Source: an uncultured Methanosarcinaceae archaeon (GTDB lineage Archaea; Halobacteriota; Methanosarcinia; Methanosarcinales; Methanosarcinaceae). From it: a stretch of DNA of 64,000 nt. Location: the NCBI GenBank assembly GCA_963733675.1, contig CAVTET010000004.1:416001-480000 (forward strand), given 5' to 3'. Made by a program: the position numbers and the translations under genes. This document shows, one piece after another, positions 58,803 through 64,000 of this stretch. Below the pieces are notes generated by a model, which saw nothing but the letters and a program-made list of their open reading frames with translations, searched no databases and had not been told where the DNA came from. Numbering within the stretch: the stretch's first letter is position 1; every line of letters starts with the position of its first letter.

Positions 58803-58925
58803 TTTGTTATCTCCGAATTTATGTCACATTTTCGCATAGTATTCATAAATTTATAATGTCAAATTTAGATTGCAATTTTATACTTTTATTACCATATAAA
58901 ATGTTTATAGGATACCTCTCTTACC

Positions 58926-60428
58926 CTATCTTTCCTCTTTAATTATTTCTGGAATATTTTCGATTACGTCCGTTGCAAGCAGACCATTTCCTGCTTTCTC
59001 AAAAGCTAGATCTCCAGCTGCTCCGTTAATATACGCCGCACAGGCTGCAGCAAGAAATGCTGAATTCCTGGCAAAAAGTGATCCAGTTAGCCCTGCCAAG
59101 ACATCCCCTGTACCTCCTACTGTCATGCCCGCGTTTCCTGTTCTGTTCAGGAGGGTTTTCTTCCCATCTGAAATGACGTCTATTTTTCCTTTGAGGAGTG
59201 TTACAATCCCTTTTTCCTCCGAAAACTCCTTTACAGCTTTGATACAGCCCTCCTGGTTTTCAGGAGTTTCAATATCACTCAAACTGGTGAATTCTCCAGC
59301 ATGTGGGGTAACTATCAATTCACATTTGCCTGCAAGGGCCTCAAAAGTAGAGCATGAAAGAGCTGAAAGAGCATCTGCATCTACGACGGCTTTCCTGCAG
59401 AATGGTAGAATTTTTCGGATAGCTTCAAGGGTTTCTGAGGCTTTTCCTAGTCCCATACCTAATACAACTATGTCATGGGAATTAATAAGGTCAGCAAGAA
59501 TTGAAAGGTCATCGAGGCAGAGCAAATTTGAAGATAGTTTTCTGACTATCAGGTTCGGAGAATAGGATTCAATTATTTTTGATATAGGCTCAGGAATCGC
59601 TACGGTTACAATGTCTGCACCCCCCCTCAAAGCTGCAAGAGCTGCAAGAGCCGGGGCTCCTGAGTAAGGACCGCCTCCTACTACAAGAATCTTTCCAGAA
59701 TCTCCCTTGTGCCCTTCAGAATTTCGCTTGCGCAGCATCGTTAGGTCTCCAGGGCCCACATATTGTTCGGCGTCCGCACAAATTCCTATATCTGCAATCT
59801 TTATAGTACCAGTATATCCTTTTGCTTTCTCGCTTATAAGCCCTATTTTCATGCGGTGAAAGGTGACTGTAAGCTTCGCATGCACGGCTTTTTCAAAATA
59901 ACAGCCATCAGGATCCACACCTGAAGGGATGTCAACAGAGATTACTATTTTCCCCGCTTTTCCTTCCTCGTTTATTAAGTCAACAGCTGTTGACTCTGGT
60001 TCTTTCAAACTTTTTTTCACTCCTGTTCCGAATATAGCGTCTACTAGCAAGTCGGCTTCTGAAAACCAATCAGAGGCTGCAGATGTAAGCTGACTTGAAT
60101 CCTTGATTTCGAGTACTTGCAATCGGCTGAACTTTAACAGGGAAAAGTTATGGCAGGATTCCCTGGTTTTTATGTCATGAGCCTTTCCCAGCAAAATTAA
60201 TTTGGTAGTATACCCTGAAAAGCCTGCAAGGTGTCTGGCGGCAACAAAAGCATCTCCTCCGTTATTTCCTAGGCCTGCGACAAAAAGTACTTTCCCACAT
60301 TCCATCTTCTCCCTGATATTTTGCGCGATAATAGCCCCCGCATTTTCCATTAGCTGAACAGGAAGTAGGCCAAGGTGTTCGCAATTTATATCAATTGCCC
60401 TCATCTGCGAAGAACTGATACACTTCAT
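58926..60428 (-). CDS. nnr: Bifunctional NAD(P)H-hydrate epimerase/dehydratase
   Basis: LMENAG, GNNGGD, DAIFGTG, VDIPSG, HKG..G, TPHAGEF and GGTGDVLAG. Confidence 0.95.
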   Translation of the reverse strand: MKCISSSQMRAIDINCEHLGLLPVQLMENAGAIIAQNIREKMECGKVLFVAGLGNNGGDAFVAARHLAGFSGYTTKLILLGKAHDIKTRESCHNFSLLKFSRLQVLEIKDSSQLTSAASDWFSEADLLVDAIFGTGVKKSLKEPESTAVDLINEEGKAGKIVISVDIPSGVDPDGCYFEKAVHAKLTVTFHRMKIGLISEKAKGYTGTIKIADIGICADAEQYVGPGDLTMLRKRNSEGHKGDSGKILVVGGGPYSGAPALAALAALRGGADIVTVAIPEPISKIIESYSPNLIVRKLSSNLLCLDDLSILADLINSHDIVVLGMGLGKASETLEAIRKILPFCRKAVVDADALSALSCSTFEALAGKCELIVTPHAGEFTSLSDIETPENQEGCIKAVKEFSEEKGIVTLLKGKIDVISDGKKTLLNRTGNAGMTVGGTGDVLAGLTGSLFARNSAFLAAACAAYINGAAGDLAFEKAGNGLLATDVIENIPEIIKEER

Positions 60429-60632
60429 AATAATTACTCATATATTCTTTTTGATTCTATTTTTAACATTCAGCAAATATTCCCTTTAAATCTGAATTAC
60501 CTGATTTCAGGAACTATTATAGAAATCATTAAATATCTCTACGATAATTGAAGCAAATTATTCATTATATTTTAACCGAGGAAATCTTATTTGACATCAT
60601 TAACTATTATACGTTGCATTACGATATTATAT

Positions 60633-60722
60633 AGAGGACTACGATTAACTTCTATTTTTATGAATTACCAATATACCATTTATAGGCACATGACGAAATT
60701 CAGGGGTTTATCAAAATCCTCT
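60633..60722. mobile_element. 90-bp MITE
   Basis: AGAGGACTACGATTAA ... TTTATCAAAATCCTCT. Confidence 0.75.
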
Positions 60723-61037
60723 GTAACATACCTGACAGACTAATTATCCTGAAAACCATGTTAATCACAAGAGACTAATTTAATCCCTTAGATAAAGCTA
60801 AGTAATTCTCATTAAAATTTGCTCTATTATACTTAACTCAGTTTGATATGAGCAAGAAAATGATAAGAAGTAACTATATTAATAAAGAATGTAAGCAATA
60901 AAATCAGAATAAAAGACCAATATGGCAATAAATTAAAAAATCACTGACTTTAGTAAAATCGCAAACATGCAGGATTCTAATCAGTATTTGCTTTCCTTTG
61001 CAAGTGGCCGGATTTACATGAGACAGGGAGGATTATT

Positions 61038-62504
61038 TTGTCTAATTTTCCAAAAGATGTTGATAGCAACCTTAAGAATTCAATCAAACCCAGATACTTA
61101 GTTCTGGGTAGTGGAAGTGTTGGTTTTGCACTTGCAAAAGAGCTAAGGGAAAGCAATAAGATGGTAATCATCGTAGATAAAGATGAAGCCAAGGTAGAAA
61201 CTCTCAGAGAGGAAGGCTTCGAAACAATTGCAGGTGACATCTCAGATCCTGAGCTCGTTAATAAGATTGATCTTAAAAATGTTGTAGTCATACTTTTCCT
61301 GACTTCCAATAGCGAGGCAAATCGGAAGGGCCTTGAAAATTTTAAAACTGTAGTCAACCCTGATGTCCAGCTCTTTTCCCGGGCTTCAGATATAATTAAT
61401 AAGGAAAAGATGGAAAATCTCGGAGCGGATTATGTTTTTATGCCTTCCAAACTTATTGCAAGCTCCCTTTCTCGTTCCCTTGAGAGGGCTGAGTCCGTTC
61501 ACAGGGGCAACAGGCTTGCAAGGTGGCTAAAAGGGATTCGGGATAAAAAACTTGCGATTGTAATTCACGATAACCCTGATCCGGATGCAATCTCCAGCGG
61601 GCTTGCACTAAAAGAAATTGCAAAAAATCTTGGTGTAGAATCAAATATTCTCTACCATGGCAGGATCGGACACCAGGAAAACAAAGCTTTTGTAAACCTT
61701 TTAGGGATTGACCTCGGCAAGATTGAAGATAATAACCTTCAAAATTTTAATGAAATTGCCCTTATAGACTGTTCCATCCCTGGTGTTAACAACATGGTTC
61801 CGCCCAATTCATATGTGGGCATTGTAATTGACCATCACCCACCCGGAGAAACTGAGGTAAAGGCTGAGTACATAGACATTCGGCCCAATTTTGGGGCAAC
61901 TGCAACTATTATGACAAAGTACCTCCAGCAGCTTAATATTAATATATCAAAAACCTTGTCAACAGCTCTACTATATGGGATTCGGACTGATACCCAGGAC
62001 TTCAAGCGAAAAACAGATCCGGCAGACCTCTCAGCTGCTTCATATCTCTATCCCCTTTCGAATCATGGAATCCTTGACCAGCTAGAACAGCCTTCAATGG
62101 CTATTGAAACTCTAGAAGTACTTGGAGAAGCCATCAGAAACCGTCAGGTTATTGGAAGTTACCTTCTCTCAAATGTCGGAAACATTAGGGATAGAGATAC
62201 TTTACCGCAAGCTGCGGATTACCTCTTGAGTCTGGAAGGAATCTCCACAACGGTCGTTTTTGGAGTCAGTGAAGACCGCATCTATATCTCAGGACGTAGC
62301 AATGATATTAGAGTTAACCTTGGTGAAATTATGCGCCAAGCTTTTGGCGAAGATGCAGGTGGGCATGCTAATGCAGCAGGTGCCCAGATTCCTCTGGGAG
62401 TTTTCAGCGCTACAAAAGATAGACAGACACTATTGAGGTTGGTTAACGAATCAGTGGTCAAGAGATTCCTGAGTGTCGTAGGTGTAGAAAGCACAGGAGA
62501 ATAA
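61038..62504 (+). CDS. TrkA-N (NAD-binding) domain fused to a DHH/DHHA1 phosphoesterase
   Basis: LGSGSVG Rossmann motif; HDNPDPDA, LIDC, IDHH, GIRTDT, SGRS and AGGH. Confidence 0.9.
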   Translation: MSNFPKDVDSNLKNSIKPRYLVLGSGSVGFALAKELRESNKMVIIVDKDEAKVETLREEGFETIAGDISDPELVNKIDLKNVVVILFLTSNSEANRKGLENFKTVVNPDVQLFSRASDIINKEKMENLGADYVFMPSKLIASSLSRSLERAESVHRGNRLARWLKGIRDKKLAIVIHDNPDPDAISSGLALKEIAKNLGVESNILYHGRIGHQENKAFVNLLGIDLGKIEDNNLQNFNEIALIDCSIPGVNNMVPPNSYVGIVIDHHPPGETEVKAEYIDIRPNFGATATIMTKYLQQLNINISKTLSTALLYGIRTDTQDFKRKTDPADLSAASYLYPLSNHGILDQLEQPSMAIETLEVLGEAIRNRQVIGSYLLSNVGNIRDRDTLPQAADYLLSLEGISTTVVFGVSEDRIYISGRSNDIRVNLGEIMRQAFGEDAGGHANAAGAQIPLGVFSATKDRQTLLRLVNESVVKRFLSVVGVESTGE

Positions 62505-62739
62505 CATATTAACAAAATATATTGCAAAATTAATAAAATTTTTTAATGTTTCCTAAGATCTCTGAAATTTAAAATGAATTACATTGGCAATTGACTGCAA
62601 TTAATCCAAAACCCATATATTAATAAAAAATAGATATCGATCAATCGATTTTTTGCAAGCTTAATAGTTCATAAGCCAATTAATAATGGGTTATCGGGAA
62701 AGTTTTCACCACTGCTACAAGCTGCGAGGTATATAATCC

Positions 62740-63600
62740 CCTTTGTTGTGAAATGTTTCAGAAAACTTTAGTATGATCAAACCATTTTTGTCATCCTTGA
62801 TAAAGGAATAAGCTATTTTATTATCTATTTTTATGAAAATAGGGGGATAATACCTCTTTCAGGCAGAATCCTTCATCATTTTGTGAAGTACAGGCTCGAA
62901 GATGAAGGAATGGATAAGATAATGATGTTATTTGGTGGAAAAATTCTCAAATCCTCATGAGAACAGGAAAATCAGATACATTTCACTTCAGTGGGGCTTC
63001 AAGATATGAACCCATTCTGATTATAATCCTCGTTATGAATGTAAAATGGCTAAAATGTGCATCACACTGATTGAAACTACCCTGTTTCATGACATCTACT
63101 TATGGTCTTGCCTCTGATTCTCTTGAACTTATCAAATACATAGAGGCTTTATAAAAAAAGAATGCTGATATATAATCACATTCTAACGACGTAGATTATG
63201 ATTCGTTACTTAATCATGCGTATATATGGTGCCATCTTAAAGCAAAATAAGTCATCTCGTTTCCATCAAATGCCGTAAACAATAGGAAGAAGAGATTGAA
63301 ATAATAGACCAGTGGGTAAATAAAATGTGGAAGAAGGTAAGAGATATCAATGCGAAAATGAAAAATGAACTCAGTTTCCTGTGCCAGAATGGGAAAATAG
63401 TACAGGTATGATTATCTGAAAGATCAAAATATTAGAGATTATTCATTCAAAGAATTCTGTAAAAAAATAGTGGAATGCAAAAAGAGAAAAGACATATTAA
63501 GGATAAAGTAAAATCTGAAGTAATTAGAATCAGATCGGGAGTAGAATATCTACCACTTCTGAACTTCATTGCATATCAGTTAGTGGTGCTTACTTAATCA
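62740..63600 (+). mobile_element. Decayed ISNCY-like transposase
   Basis: Residual peptides FVVKCFRK, LHHFVKYRL, NPRYECKM, YDSLLNHAYIWCHL, WVNKMWKK and FIAYQL; homologous to 6020-6340. Confidence 0.7.
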
Positions 63601-63789
63601 CAAAAAAATTTAAAAGTAAATATTCATTTGGAGGATTTTTTTAAAAAACAATTGTCAAATTAGATCACGGATTTTAAGAGCTAATTTGAGATTCATCCTC
63701 GAAACTAGAACGTCAAGCGAAAACTATTTAATGGATAGCTGGTATTTTCAGATACTGCTCAGATAAGATGACATTAATAATTACCCTGT

Positions 63790-63864
63790 AGCGGGGTGGG
63801 GTAGCCAGGAGATCCCGACGGGCTCATAACCCGTAGACCGATGGTTCGAATCCATCCCCCGCTA
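63790..63864 (+). tRNA. Initiator tRNA-Met(CAT)
   Basis: A1-T72 acceptor pair, anticodon arm ACGGG-CTCATAA-CCCGT with consecutive G-C pairs, GGTTCGAATCC. Confidence 0.97.
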
Positions 63865-64000
63865 TTGTGAAGTTTTTTTGGATGCACGAATATCTTTTGC
63901 AACTATTTATTCTGGATAAAATAATATCATTAGCCATCTTTATCAGTGCTAATTGTGAAAATTTTTTGAGGTTTTTTTTAAATTGTAGCCATTGATTGTT

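Noticed and set aside
47442-62527. Many 60-230 aa ORFs overlapping valS, mre11, rad50, prs, nnr and the DHH gene
   Set aside because: Antisense or alternate-frame shadows of well-supported genes; the same applies to those over pdxS/T, ribB/K, mat and OYE.

Overview
Archaeal chromosome segment of Methanosarcina type, judged from protein content (mfnB, archaeal mat, CTP-dependent ribK, archaeal valS, initiator tRNA). It shows strong genome decay: the apparently intact CDS I list total about 26.6 kb of 64 kb (~42%). Intact housekeeping genes are pdxS/T, ribK-ribB, a PfkB kinase, mat, mfnB, a thioredoxin with ccdA, valS, mre11-rad50, prs, nnr, a TrkA-N/DHH protein, tRNA-Cys and tRNA-iMet. Pseudogenes include purA, ahcY, a PflX-like radical SAM, a glycogen synthase, a GT4, a HAD hydrolase, an Hsp20, a rhodanese and a dead tRNA-Cys copy. 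Mobile DNA comprises four IS6 copies, IS200 and ISNCY-like remnants and at least three MITE families. The most striking unexplained signal is a duplicated ~95-nt three-way-junction RNA with compensatory base changes. Each copy overlaps a 13-15 codon micro-ORF and lies behind a ~135-bp promoter-like module that occurs five times in the accessory region. Also notable are a MITE-bracketed high-GC foreign gene, a secreted Gly/Trp/Cys-rich peptide and overlapping perfect palindromes upstream of ribK. All calls are by eye, without database searches.
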